The translations under genes were made by a program, and so were the position numbers. Below are positions 55,834 through 64,000 of a stretch of 64,000 nucleotides of DNA, one piece after another. Position 1 is the stretch's first letter. The number at the start of each line of letters is the position of its first letter. This DNA comes from Pseudomonadota bacterium. GTDB lineage: Bacteria > Pseudomonadota > Gammaproteobacteria > Burkholderiales > JABEVD01. The notes under the pieces are model-generated. The model did no database searches, was not told where the DNA came from, and saw only the letters and a program-made list of their open reading frames with translations. Location of the stretch: NCBI GenBank assembly GCA_021835845.1, contig JAKBJU010000001.1, forward strand, positions 12,908 to 76,907, written 5' to 3'.

Positions 55834-57750
55834 TCAGCGGTAAAACGTGACGGGGAAAATCGAAGGGGGCGGCGAGCTGAGGACAGGTTTTCTGATTTTG
55901 CCGACGACATGCATCTCGCAGGCCCTGCAGTCGAATTTCAGGGCGAGCTTCTCGTTGCCGTTCACGAGCGTCATCGGCTCGGCGCGCACCTGTCCCTGGA
56001 CCCCGGATATGCCCTTGGCCTGCTTGGGGCAGAGATTGAACGCGTGGCGCAGGCAATGCCTGGTGATCATGAGCGAGACGTCCCCTGCTTCCTCGTGCGC
56101 TTCATAGGCCGCATCGATGAGCTTCACGCCGTGCTTCTCGTAAAACGCCCTGGCCTTCCCATTGTAGACATTGGCAAGATAGCTGAGCGAAGCTTCAGGA
56201 TAGGGAACCGGAGGATAGGCAGGAGGCTTGCGAACCCCTCTCGGTCTGCCCTCCAGCCTTGCCGCCTCGAGTTTCTCGATGGCTTCCCGCCTCATGGCAT
56301 TGATGACGGAGGCCGGAACGAACCAGCCATGCGAAAAATCGACGGTGATATCCCGCACGAAGAAAGGCGTGCCGCCCAGCCTGGCAAGATTTGCCTTCAG
56401 GGAAGACACCGTCCCTTCGGCGTCTTTTGCAGGTTCGAGCTTGAGCTTAGCCTCAGAAACCGCAACGCAGCCGTCTTCGTCGGCGAGGGTGAGCCTGATA
56501 CCATCCGAAGTCTCCGCAAGATGCATCCCGAGGCCGATCCTGCGTTCCGCGGAAGGCTTGAGCAGCGCCTGCTCCCAGACATGGTCGCGGTTCCGGTACA
56601 AGTCCAGCCCGACTTTCAGGCCCGCCATGTCGTTCGGATAAATCCGCCAGAGATCGCCCGACTTCTCCACCCGGTTTGCCCGGGTGCCGACCGCCTCGCG
56701 CTTTCTCATGAATGAGAAGCCGTCGCCGTTGTTCAATACTTCAGGGCTCTCCATTTCGAACCAGTCCGTTCCCATTCGCGAGACTGTCCCGACCGGTTTT
56801 CCCAGGAATTTCGGTGAATCGAAAGCCCCGATGTCGTCCTGCCTGCCGTTCACGAAGTAGTCGGTCGAGCCGCGGTGGAAAGTCCTTTCGGGATCGGGAG
56901 AAAAGCGGAATGTCGAAATCCCGCTGGAAGACCGCGAAAACTCGGGCCTCTTCTCCATTATCCTGTCGAGAAGTATCCTGTAATGCGCGGTGATGTTCTT
57001 GACATAGGGGGCATCCTTGTAGCGCCCCTCTATCTTGAAAGAGCGGATTCCCGCATCGATCAATGCTTCGAGATTCGCGCTCTGGTCGTTGTCCTTCATC
57101 GAAAGCAGATGCTTCTCATAGGCCACCACCCGCCCCTGCCCGTCCTGCAGGGTATAGGGAAGGCGGCATGCCTGGGAGCAGTCGCCCCGGTTCGCGCTTC
57201 TGCCGGTTTGGGCATGGCTGATGTAGCATTGCCCGGAATACGCGACGCAAAGCGCACCGTGGATGAAGAATTCCAGCACGGCGTCGCACGATGCGCTGAT
57301 TGCGCTGATTTCGGGCAGGGCAAGCTCCCTTGCCAGCACGATCTGGGAAAATCCGGCTTCCGACAGAAATCTTGCCTTCCCGATTGAGCGGATATCGGTC
57401 TGCGTGCTCGCATGCAATTCTATGGGCGGCAGATCGATCTCCAGCAGCCCCATGTCCTGGACGATGAGCGCATCGACCCCGGCATCGAAAAGCTCCCAAA
57501 CAAGCTTCCCTGCCGGCTCGAGTTCGGAATCGTGCAAGATGGTATTGAGCGTCGCGAAAACGCGCGCATGGTAGCGGTGGGCGAAATCGCAAAGCCCGGC
57601 GATATCCTTCACCGAATTCGACGCATTGGCCCTCGCCCCGAAGGAAGGTCCCCCGATATAGACGGCATCCGCCCCGTGCAGAATCGCTTCTCGCCCGATT
57701 TCGGCGGTCTTCGCGGGAGAAAGGAGTTCGAGCAGTGGCGTCATGGGCAA
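55834..57750 (-). CDS. U32 family peptidase (long YegQ-like form with a C-terminal extension)
   Basis: 638 aa. LELLSPA, GADAVYIGG, E.F.HGALC..YSG.C U32 signature. Confidence 0.85.
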   Translation of the reverse strand: MPMTPLLELLSPAKTAEIGREAILHGADAVYIGGPSFGARANASNSVKDIAGLCDFAHRYHARVFATLNTILHDSELEPAGKLVWELFDAGVDALIVQDMGLLEIDLPPIELHASTQTDIRSIGKARFLSEAGFSQIVLARELALPEISAISASCDAVLEFFIHGALCVAYSGQCYISHAQTGRSANRGDCSQACRLPYTLQDGQGRVVAYEKHLLSMKDNDQSANLEALIDAGIRSFKIEGRYKDAPYVKNITAHYRILLDRIMEKRPEFSRSSSGISTFRFSPDPERTFHRGSTDYFVNGRQDDIGAFDSPKFLGKPVGTVSRMGTDWFEMESPEVLNNGDGFSFMRKREAVGTRANRVEKSGDLWRIYPNDMAGLKVGLDLYRNRDHVWEQALLKPSAERRIGLGMHLAETSDGIRLTLADEDGCVAVSEAKLKLEPAKDAEGTVSSLKANLARLGGTPFFVRDITVDFSHGWFVPASVINAMRREAIEKLEAARLEGRPRGVRKPPAYPPVPYPEASLSYLANVYNGKARAFYEKHGVKLIDAAYEAHEEAGDVSLMITRHCLRHAFNLCPKQAKGISGVQGQVRAEPMTLVNGNEKLALKFDCRACEMHVVGKIRKPVLSSPPPSIFPVTFYR

Positions 57751-57925
57751 GGCATCCTGAGAGAAGGCAATGTTACTCGAAAACAGGGGCGCCTTCCAGG
57801 ACAGCGAATACCCGGGGCCGATTTAATGCATTATGAATACACTTTTATGTTAACATGACCATAATGCTGGAATGGATATCCGGAAACAGCAGAATTCATC
57901 GATAAATCATGGAGGGTTTAGCAAC

Positions 57926-58390
57926 ATGGAAAATTCACTGCCTTTTTTAATCCTTTTTTCGCCATTCCTTTTCTTGGCGCTGACGATATTGACTTCGGGA
58001 AAACTGCCTCCCGCGCCAGTCCGCCCCCGGACGCTGTTTGAAAATATCGGCGGCGAAGCCGCGGTCAATGCTGCGGTGGACATCTTTTATCGCAAGGTGC
58101 TGGCGGACGACCGCATCAGCCGTTTCTTCGAAGGCGTCGACATGGACAAGCAGGCCGCCAAGCAGAAAGCTTTCCTCACCATGGCCTTCGGCGGGCCCAA
58201 CAACTATTCGGGAGAAGACATGAGGCGCGGCCATGCGCACCTCGTCAAGCAGGGTCTCAACGACTCCCACTTCGATGCCGTGATGGAAAACCTAGGCGCA
58301 ACCCTCACCGAACTCAAGGTGCCCGGGGATCTCATCGCTCAGGCCGCGGCGATCGCAGAGAGCACCCGCAAAGACGTTCTCGGCAAGTAG
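57926..58390 (+). CDS. Group I truncated haemoglobin with an N-terminal hydrophobic extension
   Basis: 154 aa from ATG 57926 (GGAGGG 9 nt upstream). LFENIGGEAAVNAAVDIFYRKVLADDRISRFF trHbN core, preceded by LPFLILFSPFLFLALTILT. Confidence 0.85.
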   Translation: MENSLPFLILFSPFLFLALTILTSGKLPPAPVRPRTLFENIGGEAAVNAAVDIFYRKVLADDRISRFFEGVDMDKQAAKQKAFLTMAFGGPNNYSGEDMRRGHAHLVKQGLNDSHFDAVMENLGATLTELKVPGDLIAQAAAIAESTRKDVLGK

Positions 58391-58489
58391 AGCCCATCCC
58401 CGGGGGAATTTGCGCGCTTTCTTGACAGGCGCGGGCAGATGCATAAGAATTGGAATATACGCTTCCTCTTATATTCCACCGGGGTTTCC

Positions 58490-58858
58490 ATGGCCACGAC
58501 AGAACTCGATCAGCACAATTTCGAAAGCACCATCACCGGCAACGACATGGTCATCGTCGACTTCTGGGCGCCCTGGTGCGCCCCCTGCCGGTCTTTCGCC
58601 CCGACCTACGAAAAGATTTCCGAGCAATATCCGGACATCGTTTTCGCCAAGGTCAATACCGAAATCGAGCAGGGCATCGCCGCCTCCTTCAACATCCGCT
58701 CCATTCCAACACTGATGATATTCCGGGAACAGGTGATCATTTACGCCGAGGCAGGCGCCCTTCCCGCATCCGCCCTCACCCAGCTCATCGAGGAAGCTAG
58801 GAAGCTCGACATGGCCGAAGTGCACAGCCAGGTCGCCAAGGCGCAGCAATCCTCCTAG
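58490..58858 (+). CDS. trxA: Thioredoxin
   Basis: 122 aa from ATG 58490. VDFWAPWCAPCR active site. Confidence 0.9.
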   Translation: MATTELDQHNFESTITGNDMVIVDFWAPWCAPCRSFAPTYEKISEQYPDIVFAKVNTEIEQGIAASFNIRSIPTLMIFREQVIIYAEAGALPASALTQLIEEARKLDMAEVHSQVAKAQQSS

Positions 58859-58908
58859 GGAACCGCTGATTTGTTCCCACGCGGTCGCGGGAACAAATCA
58901 GTGGTTCC
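58859..58908. terminator. 20-bp-stem bidirectional terminator-like hairpin
   Basis: GGAACCGCTGATTTGTTCCC-acgcggtcgc-GGGAACAAATCAGTGGTTCC with one mismatch, between convergent trx and rhodanese genes. Confidence 0.6.
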
Positions 58909-59370
58909 TTAGGGTTTTCGCTGATCCGTCCGCAGGCGGGAGGCGAGAAGCTCCTCCGCACTGTCCGCATCCACCGGCGCTCCGTTGCCGTCCACAAGCG
59001 GCTGCTCGAAATCGTTCCAGCCGCGCACCCCGGTCCTGAGCGACGAGACATCAGAAAACCCCATTTCCCGCATCCTGTCCGCCGCGAGCACGGATCTTTT
59101 CCCGGAGCGGCAGATGACCACGATATCCAGATCGCGGCCGGCCGCAAGCCTGGGCACGGTTTCCTCGTAATCCCATTCGCACGCCTGCTCGAGAACGCCT
59201 CTCGGCACGTTGAGAGATCCCGGAATGTGCAGCATGGCAAATTCGGCAGGCTCCCTGACATCGAGAAGCAGCAGCTCGCGCCCTGACACCATGGCATCGC
59301 GCAGATCCCATGGCTGAATTTCCTTCACTCGCGCCAGGGCTTCCTGCACAAGTTCATCATAGCGCTTCAT
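58909..59370 (-). CDS. Rhodanese-domain sulfurtransferase
   Basis: 153 aa from ATG 59370. LLLDVREP.EF...HIPGS.N.P, ICRSGKRS active-site loop. Confidence 0.8.
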   Translation of the reverse strand: MKRYDELVQEALARVKEIQPWDLRDAMVSGRELLLLDVREPAEFAMLHIPGSLNVPRGVLEQACEWDYEETVPRLAAGRDLDIVVICRSGKRSVLAADRMREMGFSDVSSLRTGVRGWNDFEQPLVDGNGAPVDADSAEELLASRLRTDQRKP

Positions 59371-60541
59371 CGGCATCCATCTCCTGTGGTTCTCCAGCCT
59401 CGACCCTGTTCCTTCCGTGCGATTTGGCGCGATAGAGTGCGTGATCCGCGCGCCGGAAATAACGATCCATATCGGGACTGGAAACCGCATCCTCGCCGTA
59501 AACCCCGGTGCTGACGGTGAACCGGATCGGCTCGTCTCCTGCCCTGATTTCGCAATTTTGAACGGCAAGCCTGATCCGCTCGGCCGCATCCCCGGCTGCG
59601 CCGGGAGGCGTGTCCGGCATCAACACCCCGAATTCCTCGCCGCCCAGTCTGACCAGAAAATCGCATTGCCTGGTGGCGGAGCGCAGTATGTCCGCGAAGG
59701 CTTCCAGCACCCTGTCCCCGGTATCGTGTCCGAATCGGTCGTTGATCTTCTTGAAATGGTCGATGTCCAGAAGAAGCAGCGACATGGCCTGCCCCGTGCG
59801 CTTCCCGAGGGAGAACACCTTGCCTGCCATCGAATAGAAGGCCCGACGGTTCGGCAGGCCGGTGAGGTGATCGGTGCCCGCCTGCATCTCCAGTTCCCTG
59901 TCGGTTTTCTCCTTCGCAAGCAGCAGGAAACCGAAGGAGGTGGCGATCGTCTCCACGAACCCGATGAATATCGCCACGACCTGGAAGGCATCGCGGGAGA
60001 ACACCCCCTCTTCCGGATGCCACACCGCTTCGACGCCGCGCAAGACCGTGACCGCAACGAGAAAAGGAGTGAAGGAAGCCAGAAACTTCTGCAAGATGGA
60101 ATTGTCCCGCCAGCCCACGGACAGATCCTTCGATATGACGACCAGGGCCATGGAAAAATAGACGGAAAAAAGCACTATCCTCATGTTCTCGGGAATGCCG
60201 AGAAGGAGGAAGGCAAGCCATGCGAGCGCGAACCCGAAAAAAACCGTTCCGGTCGAAGGCAGCTCCGGCACTGGCCTGTTCAGGCAGGACTTGAACGCAA
60301 TCACGGAAAGGTAAATGGCTGTCCAGATCATGGCGTTGGCAAAAACGATGGCAACCGGGACGGGCAGCAGCACCCCGCGCAATGCGAGGATAATGGCCCC
60401 CATCCCGGCAAAAAAGCGCGACACCCCCCAGATGCTTATGGAATGGTGAACGGAATGCTGTCCCTTGACGTAAAGAAAGATGCCCAGGGCGAAGGCCAGG
60501 TTGGAGACCGACATTGCGACGAAAAGGGTTCTGATATCCAT
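59357..60541 (-). CDS. Membrane-bound diguanylate cyclase (GGDEF)
   Basis: 394 aa. About seven N-terminal TM segments. DHLTGLPNRR, RLGGEEFGVLM. Confidence 0.88.
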   Translation of the reverse strand: MDIRTLFVAMSVSNLAFALGIFLYVKGQHSVHHSISIWGVSRFFAGMGAIILALRGVLLPVPVAIVFANAMIWTAIYLSVIAFKSCLNRPVPELPSTGTVFFGFALAWLAFLLLGIPENMRIVLFSVYFSMALVVISKDLSVGWRDNSILQKFLASFTPFLVAVTVLRGVEAVWHPEEGVFSRDAFQVVAIFIGFVETIATSFGFLLLAKEKTDRELEMQAGTDHLTGLPNRRAFYSMAGKVFSLGKRTGQAMSLLLLDIDHFKKINDRFGHDTGDRVLEAFADILRSATRQCDFLVRLGGEEFGVLMPDTPPGAAGDAAERIRLAVQNCEIRAGDEPIRFTVSTGVYGEDAVSSPDMDRYFRRADHALYRAKSHGRNRVEAGEPQEMDADEAL

Positions 60542-60657
60542 GAAGCTCTTTAGAAAATCGTTCGAGGCAACCGCTTTCTTCTATCCCGCACGATTATACC
60601 CCTGGCGCTTGGGCCGGAACAGCAAAGCCTTTATACTGGCGCATTTTGGCAGAAATC

Positions 60658-60975
60658 ATGGACGATCCGGACAGAGAAATTCTGAAAGCGAAGCTCAATC
60701 TCGACACTTCCCTGATAAGCTGGCACGAACTGCAGCGCCATTTCGCAGCCGGATGCGTGATTTCCGTGCGGACGAATCTCGATCTCGTCGAGGTCGCCCT
60801 GCGCATCTCTACGGACGACAGTGAAAAGGTCGGGAAATGGCTATCTGCCGGGATGATCGGCAAGGTTTCGGACGAGGAAGCCCGGATGTGGCTCGATTCC
60901 AAAGCCCGACTCTGGGCAGTCGTCGTCAAGCCCTGGGTGCTCGTCCAGGAGCCCTGCGCAGGCTCCCTTCAATAG
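60658..60975 (+). CDS. DUF2288-like protein
   Basis: 105 aa from ATG 60658. The track ORF starts at TTG 60646. W.ELQRHFA.G.VI.V...LDLVEVA pattern. Family by recollection. Confidence 0.6.
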   Translation: MDDPDREILKAKLNLDTSLISWHELQRHFAAGCVISVRTNLDLVEVALRISTDDSEKVGKWLSAGMIGKVSDEEARMWLDSKARLWAVVVKPWVLVQEPCAGSLQ

Positions 60976-61097
60976 CCCCCGCACTGTCCGTGCTTCCGGA
61001 AATCTTGCCGCGACGGACAAGATATCCGAACCTATTTTCAGACAAATGGTCTGACTCCGCGGTGCATTCCTAATTTGAACAAACAGGGGGAAGGTAA

Positions 61098-61385
61098 ATG
61101 GAGGAGCGATGGACAGAATCGGACTTGAAAAAATACGAAGGCATGATGAAATATCCGGAAATCTTCTATCTGCCCGAGGGCTGGGTCATCCTATTCACCA
61201 CGAATTACGGGGATCACGGGTTCCTGGTCAATTCAAGACACGACCCGTCCCCGCGCGGATTCAAGACCCTGGATGAAATTGCGAAATTCCTTTATTCGCA
61301 CGGATTCGAATCCACCATTGTCACCTTGCATCAATATCCCAGGGATCAGATCATGAAAAAATCCAAACACCTTCGGAAATGCTAG
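61098..61385 (+). CDS. Hypothetical protein
   Basis: 95-aa ORF with GGGGGAAGG RBS. No recognised domain. Confidence 0.4.
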   Translation: MEERWTESDLKKYEGMMKYPEIFYLPEGWVILFTTNYGDHGFLVNSRHDPSPRGFKTLDEIAKFLYSHGFESTIVTLHQYPRDQIMKKSKHLRKC

Positions 61386-61417
61386 GATGAAGTGATCCAG
61401 CATGCTCCCCGGACCAG

Positions 61418-62668
61418 ATGAAAAATATCCGCCAGAAAATCTTCAAGCGCCTGTTTCTGGGATGGGCAGCCTTGTCCTTCATTCTCGGCACAGCCGTCTT
61501 TTATCTCGAGATGGAAAAAGTGGACAAGCTGGTCAAGGGACTTGCCCTGGAGGAATCCGGTTTTTTCACGTCCGGGCTCGATAGATCCAGCGTCGCGGAA
61601 AGGGAAAGCCTGAGGCAGCGGGCGAACCGGTTTCTCACCGGACATTTTGTTGCGATTTCCCTGTATGACGAGAACGGCAGGCTGATCCTGCATGAAACAA
61701 ATCCGCAAAAAACTCCCGTCATGAAGCAGGTCGAGCAGCACGCCCGCCCCTTCACGCCGGTTTCCTCGGTGCACTACAGAAGATTCCTGACCGAACGGAA
61801 TCTGTACATGCAGATTCTGCTGCCGCTACGCGACAGCACTTCCAGGCCACTCGGTTACTTCGATGGCATTTATCAGGTCGACGCAAGAACCTATCGCAAC
61901 ATCCGGATCGACATAGTCGGCACCCTCCTTCTGGTAATCGTCGTATGCTTCATCACGGCCGTCATGCTCTATCCCATCATCATTTCCCTCAACAGCGAAC
62001 TCATCAAGCTCTCTTCAGATCTGCTCAAGGGAAACATCGAACTGATGGATGTGCTTGGCAGCGCCATCGCCAAGCGCGATTCCGACACCAATGCCCACAA
62101 TTACAGGGTCACCATCTATGCGATCCGTCTCGCCGAAGCGATCGGTCTGGAAAACAGCCAGATTCGCAACTTGATCGCCGGCGCTTTCCTCCACGATGTA
62201 GGCAAGATCGGCATCAGCGACAACATCCTGCTCAAACCTGACAGGCTGAACGATGAAGAATTCAGGATCATGCGCAGCCATGTTGTGCTGGGCCTGGACA
62301 TCATCAGCCAATCCGAATGGCTCAGGGGCGCGCGTGACGTAATCGAATTCCATCACGAAAAATATGACGGAACGGGCTATCTGAAGGGGCTGAAGGGAAA
62401 TGAAATACCGCTTAACGCGAGGCTCTTCACCATTGTAGACGTGTTCGATGCCCTCACATCCAGGCGCCCCTACAAGCAAGCCTTCAGTTTTGACGAATCG
62501 ATGAAACTGCTGAAGCAGGATTGCGGCAAGCGATTCGATCCCGAATTGTTCAGCCGGTTCGACATCATCGCTCACGGGCTGTATCTGGAAATCGCCGATT
62601 CCGACGAGAGCGTTCTGGCAAAGATGATGAGCGATCTGCTCGACAGACATTTCATCCGGGGTGGGTGA
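61418..62668 (+). CDS. HD-GYP domain c-di-GMP phosphodiesterase with an N-terminal membrane sensor region
   Basis: 416 aa. Two TM segments flanking a sensor region. HNYRV, FLHDVGKIGI, HHEKYDGTGYLKGL (HD-GYP). Confidence 0.88.
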   Translation: MKNIRQKIFKRLFLGWAALSFILGTAVFYLEMEKVDKLVKGLALEESGFFTSGLDRSSVAERESLRQRANRFLTGHFVAISLYDENGRLILHETNPQKTPVMKQVEQHARPFTPVSSVHYRRFLTERNLYMQILLPLRDSTSRPLGYFDGIYQVDARTYRNIRIDIVGTLLLVIVVCFITAVMLYPIIISLNSELIKLSSDLLKGNIELMDVLGSAIAKRDSDTNAHNYRVTIYAIRLAEAIGLENSQIRNLIAGAFLHDVGKIGISDNILLKPDRLNDEEFRIMRSHVVLGLDIISQSEWLRGARDVIEFHHEKYDGTGYLKGLKGNEIPLNARLFTIVDVFDALTSRRPYKQAFSFDESMKLLKQDCGKRFDPELFSRFDIIAHGLYLEIADSDESVLAKMMSDLLDRHFIRGG

Positions 62669-62760
62669 TCCCACCGGCTCCAGCGCCTTGCTCCCCGCGA
62701 GACTTGTCGCGATCCTGAAACGAACCGATACACCACTATAGGCCGAATCAGAGAATTTCA

Positions 62761-62994
62761 GACTGGTTCGAGTCATTCCTCGGCAATTCCCTGATATTGC
62801 CGGTAAGCTTGGAAATTTCACGGCAGGCCGGGAAACTGCGGGGCAATTTCGCAGCATCAGGACAGGTCAGAACTCAGGCGGATATGCTGATCGCAGCCAC
62901 TGCACAGATATACAGCCTGCCACTCGCGACGCGGAATATCCGCGACTTCAAAGGCTGCGGCATCGAAGTCTTTGACCCTTTCGGTCAGCGCTGA
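62761..62994 (+). pseudogene. vapC: PIN-domain VapC toxin remnant (N-terminal third missing)
   Basis: In-frame DWFESFLGNSLILPVSLEISRQAGKLRG...QADMLIAATAQIYSLPLATRNIRDFKGCGIEVFDPF. No ATG, no N-terminal LDTN motif, an upstream stop at 62716, and no adjacent antitoxin. Confidence 0.6.
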
Positions 62995-63218
62995 CTTGAA
63001 AGCCGAGCTGATGCCTGTGCCTTGCGGCACGCTCAGGGCAATTCTCAGGCGGGCCGAAATCGAGCCTGAAAAATTCCTGAAAGACTGATTTCCAGACCTT
63101 CCGGGCAGACGGGACGAACAAGTTGGATTTGCCGGTCGGAGGGGAGTAGGATTGCCGGAATTGCAGCAGGCGGGAAATGCGATACTTCAAGAACATCCCC
63201 GCAGGAAGTCGAGTCCTC

Positions 63219-63941
63219 ATGCCCATGCAGCGCACCTACTCGCAATGCCCCAAGTGCGGAAAGCGCCTGCCGCAGCCTTTGCCTGAAGCTGCGCCCTGCC
63301 CTTTCTGCGGGGTCTATTTCTTCAAATGGGCAGCGCCAGCCCCGCCGCGCATCGAGAAAACGACTGAAAGCGCGCTGCTCGCCCCGCTGGATGAAATCGG
63401 CAACACGAGCTTCTACGGCCGCGTCGTCGCATTCGTGATGCTCGCCTCCTGGAGCCGGGTTCTGTTCTCCTACGATTACCGTGACGGCGAAATGGGCTCC
63501 TCCTTCATGCATCTCGTCCTCCTACCGATACACGAAGCAGGTCACGTGTTCTTCATGCCATTCGGCGAATTCATGCACATACTCGGCGGCAGCCTTTTCC
63601 AGCTCCTTCTCCCGTTCGGGATAGGTGCCGCCTTTTTCTGGAAGAACAAGGACAACTTCGCAGCCGCGCTCGGCATGTGGTGGGGCGGCGCCAGCCTGAT
63701 CGACTTGTCGCCCTACATCTACGATTCGCTGCACCCGCAACTGATCCTGCTCGGCGGCCATACCGGAGAAGACGGCCCGCACGACTGGATCTACCTTCTG
63801 AGCGCCCTGGGGCAACTCGACAATGCACAAACATGGGGGGCGGACGCACACCTGCTGGGCGGCCTCGTGATGCTTTCCGCATTGGCCTGGGCGCTTGCCG
63901 TGCTCTGGAAGCAGCGGATGAAAATGAAGTCTTCGGGGTGA
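63219..63941 (+). CDS. Zinc-ribbon plus HEAGH membrane protein (putative metalloprotease-like)
   Basis: About 240 aa. CPKCG...CPFCG zinc ribbon, then a polytopic region with HEAGH. Start uncertain among 63177, 63219 and 63225. Confidence 0.6.
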   Translation: MPMQRTYSQCPKCGKRLPQPLPEAAPCPFCGVYFFKWAAPAPPRIEKTTESALLAPLDEIGNTSFYGRVVAFVMLASWSRVLFSYDYRDGEMGSSFMHLVLLPIHEAGHVFFMPFGEFMHILGGSLFQLLLPFGIGAAFFWKNKDNFAAALGMWWGGASLIDLSPYIYDSLHPQLILLGGHTGEDGPHDWIYLLSALGQLDNAQTWGADAHLLGGLVMLSALAWALAVLWKQRMKMKSSG

Positions 63942-64000
63942 CGCCGGTTGCCGGTTTTCTGGCACAATGGACAGATCATGAACAGACACCGCGCCATGAA

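Noticed and set aside
63977-64000. Start of a further plus-strand gene (ATGAACAGACACCGCGCC...)
   Set aside because: Only 8 codons lie inside the window, which is too little to support a call.

Overview
GC-rich proteobacterial chromosome segment; the gene order looks betaproteobacterial. No database search was run: every call rests on reading the sequence and ORF track and on recalled family motifs. The window has three blocks. (1) 1-7392, all on the minus strand, is a nitrogen-fixation accessory and regulatory cluster. It runs nifA, then a sigma54 promoter with two TGT-N10-ACA NifA sites, then a tightly coupled operon: nifB, fdxN-like ferredoxin, iscA(nif), TPR-like protein, LRV Fe-S protein, nifZ, nifZ-like, DUF3024-like protein, nifS, nifT (cut by the window edge). 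(2) 7637-26291 is an 18.6-kb integrative element in the 3' half of tRNA-Cys(GCA), bounded by a perfect 47-bp direct repeat. It carries a tyrosine integrase, an AlpA/Xis-like HTH, a RepB'-type (RSF1010-like) primase flanked by duplicated palindromic modules, a type IV coupling protein, a Replic_Relax-like wHTH/nuclease-fold protein, VirB5/VirB6-like proteins, ArdC, many small membrane proteins and lipoproteins, and an AT-rich cargo pocket. I found no VirB4-type ATPase and no recognisable relaxase. Its intergenic regions, including a roughly 1-kb ORF-free block, are packed with strand-asymmetric GAA-loop mini-hairpins (GCGAAGC / CCCGAAGGG type). This is the most unusual signal in the window. (3) 26.3-64 kb is core genome: pgsA-uvrC, czcD-like CDF, nagZ-acpS-pdxJ-recO-era-rnc-lepB-lepA, degP-rseCBA-rpoE, nadB, IS debris, pnp-rpsO-truB-rbfA-infB-nusA-rimP, a LysR unit, U32 peptidase, truncated haemoglobin, thioredoxin, rhodanese, GGDEF and HD-GYP proteins, and a VapC remnant. 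Most long plus-strand ORFs in the track are antisense shadows of these minus-strand genes.
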